In this document: piece by piece, positions 23,748-35,100 of the stretch
Layout of the letters: every line of letters begins with the position of its first letter
How positions within the stretch are numbered: position 1 is the first letter of the stretch
Assembly (NCBI RefSeq): GCF_006345805.1
Contig: NC_043002.1
Coordinates: 100,068,001-100,132,000, forward strand
Direction of reading: 5' to 3'
Source of the DNA: Octopus sinensis
Lineage: Eukaryota
Length of the DNA stretch: 64,000 nt
Position numbers and translations under genes: made by a program
Notes under the pieces: generated by a model
Database searches by the model: none
What the model saw: only the letters and a program-made list of their open reading frames with translations
Told to the model about the DNA's origin: nothing

Positions 23748-26095
23748 CATTGCCGACGCTTCGACCGCGCCAAACTCCAGAAATCACAGACATCCCAAGA
23801 CTTCAGGGAATCCATTGAGAGACACATAATGGACCTCCCAGACCCGACCTCCATTGAGGATAGGCTGGACCATCCTTCGTGAAGCCATAACCGCAGCCAC
23901 TGCGGAGACGATCGGCTTTGCCCGGAAGAATAACCAAGACTGGTTTGACGAGAATGATGAAACCATCTCCGTCTTATCGAAGCAAAACTCGGGACTCGCC
24001 TCGCCTTCGAGAACCATGTCACTGAGGAGAACAATCGAAAACACCAGCAGGCATCAGCGGAACGCCAGCGACGAATTAGAGAATCTCAGAACATCTGGTA
24101 GCAGAGAAAAGCAGAGGAGATGCAAAACAAGGCCATTAGTGGGTGGCCTGAAGAACGCAGCTGGCTCTATGATAACCAACACTCAGGGAATCCTCGATCG
24201 CTGGAAGTTCCATTTCGAGAGCCTAATTAACAACCAATCATGCACTCCTGACGATCTCCTACAAACACCCACAGCTCCCCATCCGCCATTGGATGTCTCT
24301 GCCGTCCTGGCCCCATGAGTTCAACAAGGCATTCCCCATGAGTTCAACCGGGCAAAGCTCCAGGATCAGACAACATTCCGTTTGAGTTTTTCACGCACGG
24401 AGGTCCTCAGCTGAGAAATCATCTGACGCTCTCTATCCTCAAGGTCTGCGAAAGCAAGACCCTTCTGAACGACTACCGCGATGCAACTATCATCAGCATT
24501 CATAAGAAGGGAAACCGCGAGGATTGCAACAACTATCGAGGCATCTCACTCTGAGTATTGCAAGCAAGATCTTCGCCAGTATCCTGCTCAAGTGCATCCT
24601 CATCTTCGCAGAAGACGTCCTCCCTGAGGCCCAGCGTGGCTTTCAACGCTTTCGAGTTGACATGATCTTTTGTGCCCGACAACTTCAGGAGAAGTGTAAG
24701 AACAACACAGCCTGCAATATTCATCTCCTGGGACCTTTGATAAGGTTCCCTGTCCTGCAATGTGGGCCGTCCTTACTCGGTTTGGATGTCCGGAGGAATT
24801 TATTGCACTGGTCCGCTCCCTTCACAGTGGTATGATGGGTAGGGTATGCCAACAAAATGCCCTCACAAACCCGTTTCCGATCACTACGTGTCTTAAGCAA
24901 GGATGCGTCCTGACACCAACCTGTTTCTCTTTGTACATGGCCGCCATGTTCAACGAAATCCCACTGGATTCACCTATCCACATGCGCTATCGCTTCTTTG
25001 GCGGACTATTCAATATCGCACATCTCCGCGTAAAGTTGAGGACCTCCGCTATCACAGTCCGTGAGATGGAGTATGCCGACGACATTGCCACCTCGAACCG
25101 GACCGTAGGCCTACAAAGGACGGCCGATCTTTACAGTGTGGCTTATGAACACTTCGGGATGCAGGTAGACATATTAAACACCAAGACTCTGATCCAACCT
25201 TCACCAGGCCAGAACAGTCCAACTACGAACATTAGTGCCAACGACCACCCCTTAGAAGAAGTTGAGCACTCCTCATACGTTCGGATATTTCTTTCGAAGA
25301 CCTCCACGTATGAAGGCGGAGTGGGCAGCCCTGCTGCAATTCTCCAAGGACTTGAAGAATTGCAGCAGGGCTGCCCACTCCGCTTTCGGTAGACTCAACC
25401 AACGGATATTATTCAATCACGCACTGACCACCCGGACAAAGGACATGGTCTTCAGTGCTATTGTCCTGTCAACTCTTCTCTACGCTTGTGAGACTTGGAC
25501 GCTGTACCGCAGTGACTTCTAGTGTCTTGGATACATCCAGCAGTCTTCGACATATCCTCAAAATTCGATGGGAAGATCATATTAGCAAAAATGAGGCTCT
25601 TCGCGCGCCTCACTAACAAGCGTCGGAGCCACTATTCTACGCCTTCGTCTCCGCTGGGCAGGTCACGTCCAGCGTATGTAGCCCTCACGTCTCCCGAGGA
25701 TCATGCTCTACGGAGAACTTGCAATCGAAACAAGACCCAAAGGAAGCCCGAAATTCCGTTCTAAAACCAGCTCAAGCGGACTCTGGCTCAAATTAACTTC
25801 TAGTCATCCTCATGGAAACAGACTACCATGGATAGGACCAACCTGGAGGACTGCTATTCACAATGGAGCCAGCTCCTTCGAGTAGAACAGACAACAGAAT
25901 GAGGAGGTAAAACGCAGGAGGGGAAAGGAGCGTCTTCAGCATCTTCGACCCGCACCACCCATCCTCTGCGAATTCTGCCACGACTCTTTCACCACCGACA
26001 TAGACTCACATTCGACACAAACATCTGCTGAGGAGATTGGATGTACACTGACGGACCCACTACTCTCGAATACGGGTTGGAGCCGACGATGTCTG
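23748..26095 (+). mobile_element. 5'-truncated, frameshifted RTE-BovB-like LINE (linker, RT, C-terminus)
   Basis: Fragments NQDWFDEND; KAPGSDNIP..HKKGNREDCNNYRGISL..IASKIFASILL..LPEAQRGF..DMIFCARQLQEKC; KQGCVLTPTCF..EMEYADDIA; AFGRL..LLYACETWTLY; MLYGEL..RPKGSP; terminal CEFC. Confidence 0.92.
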
Positions 26096-26220
26096 TACAT
26101 ATAAGGGTGTGCGTGTATGTAGTGTGTTTCAGACAATTTTCAGTAGCTTTGAAAATATGAAAGTACTTCAGGCTTTACTTGAACAATTGCCTGTGTATAT
26201 GTGTGTGTATGTGTGTGTGA

Positions 26221-26520
26221 AAGCGCGTGGCTTAGTGTTTAGGGTATTCCGCTCACAATCCTAAGGTCGTGAGTTCAATTCCCGGTGACGCGTTGTGTCC
26301 TTGACCAAGACACTTGCTCCAGTCCACTCAGTTGGCAAAAATGAGTAGTACCTGCATTTCAAAGGGCCGACCTTGTCGCACTGTGGGTCACTACAAGAGA
26401 ACTACGTTAAGGGCACACGTGTCTGTGGAGTGCTCAGCCACTTGCCAGTTGATTTCACGAGCAAGATGTTCCATTGATAGTATCAGCTGGGAACCTCGTC
26501 GTCGTAACCGACGGAGTGCT

Positions 26521-26522
<2 letters not shown>
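26221..26522 (+). mobile_element. SINE with a different tRNA head and the family-A 3' body
   Basis: Head GCGCGTGGCTTAGTG...GAGTTCAATTCCCGG..GTTGTGTCCTTGACCAAGACAC; from ATTTCAAAGGGCC onward matches family A to CGTCGTAACCGACGGAGTGC. Confidence 0.82.
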
Positions 26523-26561
<39 letters not shown>

Positions 26562-26563
<2 letters not shown>

Positions 26564-26822
26564 AGATGTACTCGCATAGCAAGTAATTTGATCTGAGATC
26601 GTGTGCTGAAACGAAAACAATTGCAGCGTGGAAGGTGTTTATAAGCCATTTAAGAAACACACAAAAGCCGTTCGATTCACTTCAGTGATTTTTGTCAGTG
26701 AACAGGTCGCGGATGTTAGCGACGAAAATATTTTCACAAATTAAACTTAAATGTTGAAGTGGATCGAACGGCTTTTGTGTGTTTCTTAAATAGCTTATAA
26801 ACACCTTCCACGCTGCAATTGT
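26562..26822. mobile_element. ORF-less asymmetric fold-back element (PLE pseudo-LTR pair, inferred) inside (TA)n
   Basis: 68-bp inverted arms 26617-26684 and 26755-26822 (66/68 identical); 70-bp spacer containing an HHR fold; 55-nt extension (26562-26616) on the left arm only; TA arrays on both sides. Confidence 0.8.
26691..26740 (+). ncRNA. Minimal type I hammerhead ribozyme motif with a G3:C8 swapped core
   Basis: TTTGTCA (stem I) GTGAACA (core) G GTCGC-GGATGTTA-GCGAC (stem II, 5/5) GAAA ATAT TT (palindromic AATATT stem III) TCACAAA (stem I', 6/7 paired). Confidence 0.55.
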
Positions 26823-28739
26823 ATATATATATATATTATATATATATATATATATATACACACACCCACAGATAGTGACAATGAGAATAAAATTTCGTGT
26901 ACAAACGGTAAACGTAACAGTCTACTATAGAATTTAGTTTAGTGAAATATTTTAAAATCTTGTCGTCTTAAAGTAAATAAATGATAATTATTGGAAATAT
27001 AGAATTTGTATTGATTCGTATGTTTACCCTCCCCGCTTTATTAGTTCTGTAATTACAAATATCAATTATCACTTTATATGAGCTTTCTCTAGAATTTTAT
27101 AATTGCGCAATTATATTTGGATTTTAATTAGTATCATCTTTGTTTTGCTTATCATATAATTTACTATTGTAACTTCAAAGAAACATTACATTGTAAATCT
27201 TACTCTATTACTATTAACTGCTTTTGTTTAAATTTAACTTCCAGCCAAAGATTTAACTATGATTTAACTTTACTTAAATTACTCGAAACAGCAAATTTCT
27301 TGTTACTAAGTTGCCCAGTATTTTGACAAAATTTTATCACATAATGTTTGGTATTAATTAATTTATGACCTCTGTGTCGACTTGAGGTAGAGATTAAAAC
27401 TCATTATAATCAATCAGTTTGATTATTTAACATCGGGTCATAAATTACTGTAAATTACTCTAGTCACCAGCCTTGACATCTATTACTCTCAAGAAACATG
27501 CTGCTTAGCTCACTGAATCTATACCAATACCATTTCCACCTCCTCTGTCGATCTCCCTTTCTAGAGGAACGTATTGTGATTTCTGGAAGTGGGCTGCAGT
27601 GTGGCCTAGTTCAAAGACGAACGACGTAGCTGACCCTACCAACGATAGCCTTAACGCTCTGACAATATTTCAAAGACGATGGGCTCCACCATTAGAAACA
27701 CAACTCCTCAACTTAAATGACCGTCGTTAGAACTCTTGTCGATCCCTTATTTTCCGCAAAGCTTTCAGCTGCATCAGGCACGTAAATCTCCTAGTAAAAC
27801 AGTAAACCTGTAGGCACCAATGTCTCCAGATATAGGTTTCTCGTGTTGTGGACATGTAGTTTACGAACAGACATTAAGCGTTCTCTGGGCCACACACTAG
27901 TGTGTCCCATGGTTTGGTGTTTTCCACCCTAAAATACACTCGAATACACCAAAACCTCCTTGCTATTACCTCAAGTGCAACCACTACTACTCAAATTACA
28001 CCAATGTTCATTTCACCTTGTACCTTCGCATCCGTACGTTACCAAGTCTCTCACGAAAAAAACTAACTATCCTGACAAACATCTGGTTCCAAAATAATAT
28101 TAGCATCACAAACCCTAGTCTTTCTAGAGGTAAAAAAGTACTTAAAACTCTGAAAAGCACAGATGAGATCCTCAAATGGGTAATAAGTAACAGTGATGCT
28201 GAAAGAGAGGATTTGAAATAAATACGAAAAACAGTCAACCAAGCAAATTACGTAAAATCATGCACGAACGAACGCCAATTTCTACCCACAGAGAGCTGGC
28301 TCGTCTCTTGCTATTTGCTTCTCATCGCATCGACTCATTCACCATTCTTTATATGGAAGTAATGTGCACCCCAGCGCTCTATACTAAATCAATAGGTTTA
28401 AAATAGACAGAATATTGTGTCCTGCTTATTGCTTTTGCAAAGCGATGAACTCAAGTAATACAAGAAGCCATCGCCTTTCATTACGATTTTGTTTTATACA
28501 AGTTTGAAAATGGTCACGGCAGTGAAAGAATGTTTGTTTTGAGAGAGGTTCTGTAATATTTATGAATACTTAAATGGATATAAGAATTTTGGAAGAACGT
28601 TTTACACATTTATCTCACTGAAACCTATTGCATAAATTTAGTGTTGATTTAGGAAGATTTGATGTCAAATCTTATATTGCGTCTAACACTGGATATCAAT
28701 CACTTCTAACACTAGCTTAAGTAGTTATATTATGCACAA

Positions 28740-29260
28740 GATTATCTCTGCAAACAGCAGTGTCCATTCCACAATCACGTACATCTTTAAAAAACCATGC
28801 CGAATATGCGTAATAGAATATGTAACAAGTTTTGATGAATGAATTACAGGATTCAGTAGTGCTGAATACCAAATCATGGGGATGGGAAACAAGCGTCTTA
28901 TCACATAACCATGTTCTGCAACAAAACGTACATGAGATCAAATTCTTCCGACAGAAAAATCCGAAAGAAAAAGGGTTATTCGCGATGGTTTGAACGCGTT
29001 TCCTCATATTTTTGAATATGGTGAAACATTGATAAAATTCGATTACCAGATGGAATTGTTAAACTTCGCACCCGCACTTTGGTGGTGGAGGTCATGTGTT
29101 ATAGCTGATGTCACTTTTCTGATTTGACAATCAAAGATGTTCTCGACTTTATTTCATCTAGAACTTCATTTTCCAATCTGTCTTTTCTGTTTTAAGACGA
29201 TAGAAGCAATTTGAGACAACGTGACTGCTATCCTCAAGTGACGATTCTCTTCACTATTTC
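28740..29260 (-). pseudogene. Possible very old mariner transposase relic
   Basis: Scattered by-eye motifs EENRHLRI, DLHHQ and TLVSHPHDL resemble mariner segments; many stops and frameshifts; no TIRs seen. Confidence 0.25.
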
Positions 29261-29392
29261 GTCCGAAACACTTTGTATATAAGTTTGTATGTAAGAGTAA
29301 TAGAGAAAACAGACAGTAGAGAGATTGCTAGCTAGCTAGATAGATAAAACTGCAGTATGGAATTGCCCATAGATCACATTAATATGAGCATT

Positions 29393-29643
29393 ATTTACAT
29401 TACTTACAATTGAAGGATATTTGTCCTCATCTTGTTTGTTATTAACACGGCTGATATACCCTCCAGCCTTCAGCAGGTGTCATGGTCGAATTTCGAACAT
29501 AGATTCTCATTCCTAAGGTATTTTTCGATCTTGTTGTTGTTATTCTTCTTCTTATTATTATTATTATTCAGGTCACTGCTAGGAATCGAACTCGGAATCT
29601 TGGGGTTAGTAGCCCGCGCCCTTAACCACTACGCCATATGCCC
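29393..29643 (-). repeat. 3' pseudo-LTR: tRNA-like head (A box 29626-29636, B box 29582-29593), (AAT)n, hammerhead remnant (29444-29481)
   Basis: Minus: GGGCATA-TGGCGTAGTGG-TTAAG...GGG-CTACTAA-CCC...GAGTTCGATTCC; later GACAC-CTGCTGA-A-GGCTG-(10)-CAGCC-[GAAACGTT missing]-GTGTT. Confidence 0.85.
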
Positions 29644-29663
29644 GTGGGACTGAATTTTAGGGC

Positions 29664-31488
29664 TTATAAATCTAATATTTTCATATCCTTCCTTAATACC
29701 GGTTCCCATATTCTGTTCATATCTGCTTAGGAGGTTGATGTGTCCTAGCATATGTGCTGCTTCTTTTATTTTTCATATTTTCCAGTAGTCTATTATTTTG
29801 ACTTCATCCCACAGGGGGAGGTGGTCCCCGCTTTTCCATACATGATCAGCTATACCCGATTTATCAATATCTCCCCGTGTCACAGCTTTGTGATGTTCCT
29901 CTACACTTATTTGGGAGTGGGGTGACATGTTTCGCCTTTGTATAACCTACCACTGCTGCATGGGATGGAGTACACGCAGTTCTTGGTCATATTCTCTTCT
30001 ATTGGTGGTTTTACTCGTAAGGAGATATTTGCTAAGTGTTGTATTACTCTTGAATACTGTCCTGATGTCATATGGACCACATATCTTTTGTATATTTTCG
30101 GAGAGGCCTTTCACATAGGGTAGATTAACTGGACTGTTTATCGGTTTTATCATCTCTTTTCTTCATAATTGGATTGGAGAGTATGTGTTTGGGGTAGTTG
30201 TTGCTTAATAGATTGTTATTGAGCTTGATCATTTCTTCGTGAGATTGTTACTTAGCTTGATCATTTCTTCGTGGTGGGTATCACGATCGCTAGTTATATT
30301 CATTGCTCGATGTTTTAGGCACTGAGCAATCCCTCTCTTTACACTGTATGGATGGTGGGAGTTGACGTTGAGATATCGTCCAGTGACGCTCCGCTTGCGG
30401 TATACGGATGTCCTGAATCCATACTTGGTGCGTGTTATTAATACGTCCAGGAAAGCTAGCTGATTGTCTTTTTCTTTTTCCATTGTGAACTGTATAGATT
30501 GCTTTATTGAGTTCACATGACCTAACAGCCCTTGGACATCTTTCTGGTGGCGCCAGAGTATGAAGGTGTCATCAACATATCGCAGCCATTGGGTTGGATT
30601 TTCTTGGTGTTGATCCTAAAGCCAAATTCTGAAAGTATTCCATGTATATATAGGCTATTATCGGTGTTAATGGCGAACCCGTAGCTAAACCCTCTTCTTG
30701 TCGATATATATCAGTATCCATACTGAAGTAAATAGTTTCTACACAGAAGGTCAACATTTCCACCAAGTTTCTTATTGGTATACTAGTGCGTTCTTTTAGA
30801 TGGGTGTCGGTCACTAGTTTTTCTTGAATCACCGATAGTGCTTCACCAGTTGGAACATTGCTGAACAGATTTATCGCATCCATACTCACCATCTGGTTGG
30901 ATTCAATGTGTATCCTTGATCAGATCTCTGAAGTGGGTGGAATTCTTCACGTAGGATGTTGACTTTCCTGCTAATGGACTGATTATATCCACAAGGAATC
31001 GGCTCAGTGGATGACATGCTAAAACCTCTACAGCTGCTCACTATAAGTCTTAATGGAGTACCATCCTTGTGAATCTTAGGGAGACCAGACATGTGTGATA
31101 GTTTATTGTAGTGTTGAGTCAGTTGTCTGTACTTCATTGCTGTAAAGTCATTCTTGTTCTTGATCAAGATCTTTGACAATTTCCTCTCTGTTTTCAAAGT
31201 AGGGTATTTCTTTACTTTGCTGTAGCTACCATCACTTACAAGACTTGCCAGTTTTTCCAGTAGTCAGACTTTTTCGTCACCACTGTAGCATTTCCCTTGT
31301 CTGCTGGAAGTATTAGGATGGAATTGTCACTCTGTAATGTTTTGATAGCGAACGTTTCTTTTTTAGTGATGTTTCATTTGGGAAGTTTCGCTTTTTCTAG
31401 TACCTGCCTCACTTTCTACCTTAGTTCATCTCCCTGAAATTTTGGAATTATTGCGGCCATCTCTTCAATAGGGGCTATTATGTCCAAC
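29664..31488 (-). pseudogene. PLE reverse transcriptase + GIY-YIG endonuclease (5'-truncated, frameshifts and stops)
   Basis: ILPADKGNATVV; GLPKIHKDGTPLRLIVS; VSMDAINLFSNVP; QEEGLATGSPLTP; RYVDDTF; QLAFLDVLI; VYRK..TGRYLN..SHHP..VKRG; NCVYSIPCSSGRLYKGET..EEH..SGIADHVW..IKEA. Confidence 0.92.
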
Positions 31489-31561
31489 ATGGCATAGTGG
31501 TTAAGAGCGCGGGCTAACCCCCAAGATTCCGAGTTCGTTTCCAGTCAGAGACCTGAATAAT

Positions 31562-31965
31562 ACTCTCTTTTACTTGTTTCAATCATTTGACTGCGGCCAT
31601 GCTGGAGCACCGCCTTTTAGTCGAGCAAATCGACCCCGGGACTTATTCTTTGTAAGCCCAGTACTTATTCTATCGGTCTCTTCTGCCGAACCGCTAAGTG
31701 ACGGGAACCTAAACACACCAGCATCGGTTGTCAAGCAATGCTAGGGGGACAAACACAGACACACAAACACACACATGTATATATATATACATACATATAT
31801 ACGACAGGCTTCTTTCAGTTTCCGTCTACCAAATCCACTCACAAGGCATTGGTCGGCCCGTGGCCATAGCAGAAGACACTTGCCCAAGATGCCACGCAGT
31901 GGGACTGAACCCGGAACCATGTGGTTGGTTAGCGAGTTAATTACCACACAGCCACTCCTGCGCCT
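31562..31965 (-). mobile_element. Full-length SINE family C inserted into the (AAT)n of the PLE pseudo-LTR
   Basis: Co-linear with the other C copies; splits the pLTR between head and body. Confidence 0.92.
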
Positions 31966-32084
31966 ATAATAGTAATAATAATAATAATAATAATAATATA
32001 ATAATAATAATAATAATAGTAATAATAATAACAAGTTCGAAAAATACCTTAGGAATGAGATCCCAGGTTCGAAATTTCCCCCAA

Positions 32085-32130
32085 GACACATGATATAGGC
32101 TGTAGGGTATATCAGCCGAAACGTTGTGTT
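32085..32130 (+). ncRNA. Degenerate minimal type I hammerhead ribozyme motif in the PLE pseudo-LTR
   Basis: GACAC-ATGATAT-A-GGCTG-TAGGGTATAT-CAGCC-GAAAC-GTT-GTGTT: stem I 5 bp, stem II 5 bp, palindromic AACGTT stem III; combining the cores of the two pLTR copies gives CTGATGA. Confidence 0.65.
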
Positions 32131-35100
32131 AACAACAAACAAGATGGTAACAAATATCCGTCAATTGTAAATAATGTAAATAATGTACGTAATTCCTCAT
32201 CTCTTAAATATAGAAGTGTATAATATGAGCATTGTTCATTAGTTTCGCTTTATTGTGTCCGATTTCGATACGGCAAACTTAGTTTTTACCATAGACTCAT
32301 TACTTATCAGAGCTGTATGATAAACTGCATACACAGAACCATATTAACGAGTTTTCTCTTATCAACAAGCTACTGATAAGTCGAAAGCCAATCTAATTAT
32401 TTTATGGTGAAAAATTACTTTAGCTGATCCTTTCTCAGTAAGCTTGGAACCATAATATATTTTGATTACACTGTAAAAATAGCGCGGGTGGGATACCTAT
32501 TCGTGCATATTTTATCAACGAGGAAAGGGAAATCGCATCATCTTTCTCGGTAAAAAAAACGAGAAATATGTAACATTACGTAATAACAGTTTCTTGTGCT
32601 GCCACCGTGTTGGTTCACTTAACTATGAACATTGCGAGTTATTAATAATGCAAATTCTTGAAAATGCGTTGCCATTGTTGGTTCAATATTTGACATAAAC
32701 TGAATGTGTTAATTTCCTGCGAATATTTCAAAAGACTATCGAGGCTGGCAATCGTGATAAACGCCATATAAATGTTCGTCTTCACTAACGCCATTCAAAT
32801 ATGTAATTGAGGTATTCTCATTTCATGGAAAATTTACGGCATTCATGAAGACTCCCAGTCACTGTTGGTTTTCAAACGCGCCTTTTGTCGATTGGTTCCT
32901 CTTCTCAAATTTTAAATGCAAAGAGAATGTTTTTTATGTTTGCCTTTATTCACACTGTGTAGCATACATGATTAAAAAAAGTTTGATGGAGATATTTTTT
33001 GTTCTATACATTATCCTACAATTCTGCAATGGCTAACTGAATGCTTGTAATCTTAGGAAGCCATTCATTGGGCAATAATTAATGTGATCTGTATTTATTG
33101 AAATCCTCTTATCACTTAAAAGTAGAGATCAATTGCATGATTTATTGATAGGATTTCTTTAAATGAACAAGAGACATCGACGAGACTTATCCACCCATGT
33201 AACGGTAGTTACACAGCCGAGACAGTAGAATATACCAAGTGATTTCTTTCTGTTTTTCTGCTAGAAAAGAAATCTGGTATTAGTTATTTAAAATTTAGGT
33301 AAATATTTTTCAATTTCTATGAAATCAAAGCCCATTCTGGACTCTTGGAAAGATGTACATCATGTAAACACAGGGGAAGATGTTTTTCACTTTGGAAGTA
33401 AATATGTTCTTATCAGTAGATATATCGTTTATTCATTAGATCCTATGACCGGTCATACAGATGGCATTTTGGGTAAGTGTCTTTTACTAAAGTACCAGGT
33501 AGATACAAGCCTTGCAATGCAATATACAGAATATGGGAGCAGACCTTTCATATTGTCTTACGCTGATATCACCTAAAAATTAATTTAATGTTTCACGTGT
33601 CTCAAGAATATTCAAAACCTCTACACGCAAATTCAGTGAGTGGGAAGTTTGATATCCATCGTTGAAGAGTTTTAAATAGGTGCGTTTTAAACGCTTCTTC
33701 CATTCTTTTCATGTTTATAAGTGAACAAGATTTACTAACTGATCGCATAATGTTTATTTTAATCTTTTTCCATCCGAGTAAATTGAATCTTCGATTATCA
33801 AACCTAGCGAGATAACAATTGCTGATGCTTGTATTACATATATCTACAGTGGATTTAGTGTTACATCTAGCAAAGTCGACTTCGTGATCGAAGACTTAAC
33901 AAATGTCACCTCTTAATCTTTGATTTAGCATTTTTCTCTCCATAAATAATTTTTCCCACTCTCAAAGGAATACTAAGTACAATGCGGACATATACTGCCC
34001 AATATACAAAACGGTAAAATCTATGATCAATGTTTCTTAAGTTTGCAGATCTAGGGATAGCTAAGTGTGGGATGAGTTGTACCACGAGTAGTTAGTTTTC
34101 CTCGGTCACCTGCCGATCCGAAAATTTTCGACGTTTATCATTACACTGTGTAACGATGAGGTTCGGCAGTGGGAAACACGAATCGTCTATTCTACAAACG
34201 ATAATCTGATTCGGGCTATCATGAATTTATTACCTAACAATAAGACGGTTTCGCTTCATGTACAACTTAATCCTATATTATGAATCTGGTAAATACATCC
34301 CAATTTTAGAATAACATTTATTTATAGCTAAAGAGAAGCATCCTAAATTCCGCTTAAAACCCCCAAACAGTTATGCATTTTGTCCTTTTATATCTTTTGT
34401 TTACTGTAGTTTTGTAATAAAAATTTAATATTGATCAAATGTATTATTTTAATTTCTGTCATTTCTGGAATTGTGGGAATGGGGTTAATTCTCTGAGACA
34501 AGCTTCATCTTCCTTTTCTATACCATGCTTTTTAAACTGATTTACATTAACTTATATATATATACGCGTGCAAACAGAGATTTATGGTATGTTCTCGTAT
34601 GTATTCATATTATCAATAATTTTTGTTTTTTATTCAGCGCATATGCTGATAATCGTGTGATGTGATTGCTCCCTCAAGTAGTTACCTTGCAGAAGCATAT
34701 TTCAAGTTGCTATTACTTTCATTTTATAAATTCTCTAGCGTAGCATAGGAGATAGAACTGATTAAATTTTCTCTAAAAAATATCAGTTTTGCTTTCTTTG
34801 CAATTGTGCAACTCTTCAGCAACTGCTCAGTACATTATTTAGAATATCTTTTTAGGTTAATCTCAAATATTCGATCTTTCTTATATCATTAATGTTATAC
34901 TGGAGTACTGACGGGGATGTTTAATATAAGTTCCTCTGCATTGCATCCTAGTACATTCATATGATCTTAAACGTGTCACTCACAATAACCACGCATTTTC
35001 ACGGGAATTTAAATTTTTGAGATCGAACAAAATAAACTAAATAATTTGTACTGTATATGAATTCAAAGATTCAAATCAAATATGCCGAAGTATCAAATGT

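Larger units (their letters stand above)
29393..32220 (-). mobile_element. Penelope-like retroelement (Penelope/Poseidon-type) with inverted terminal pseudo-LTRs and a 13-bp TSD
   Basis: TAATATGAGCATT at 29380-29392 and 32221-32233; RT-GIY-YIG pseudogene on minus; 29393-29643 is the reverse complement of 31488-31561 plus 31966-32185. Confidence 0.9.
31488..32220 (+). repeat. Inverted 5' pseudo-LTR (interrupted by SINE C) with a 35-nt extra tail (32186-32220)
   Basis: TGGCATAGTGG...GAGTTCGTTTCC head at 31490-31542; (AAT)n; body matches the left copy; TACGTAATTCCTCATCTCTTAAATATAGAAGTGTA is absent from the left copy. Confidence 0.85.

Noticed and set aside
27480-28340. Slightly GC-richer island with short ORFs
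   Set aside because: No motif recognised in any frame and no termini; cannot be assigned from the sequence alone.
29565-29643. Functional tRNA gene in the PLE terminal repeat or in SINE heads
   Set aside because: A/B boxes and an anticodon-like arm are present, but the acceptor and T stems do not pair; treated as tRNA-derived promoters.
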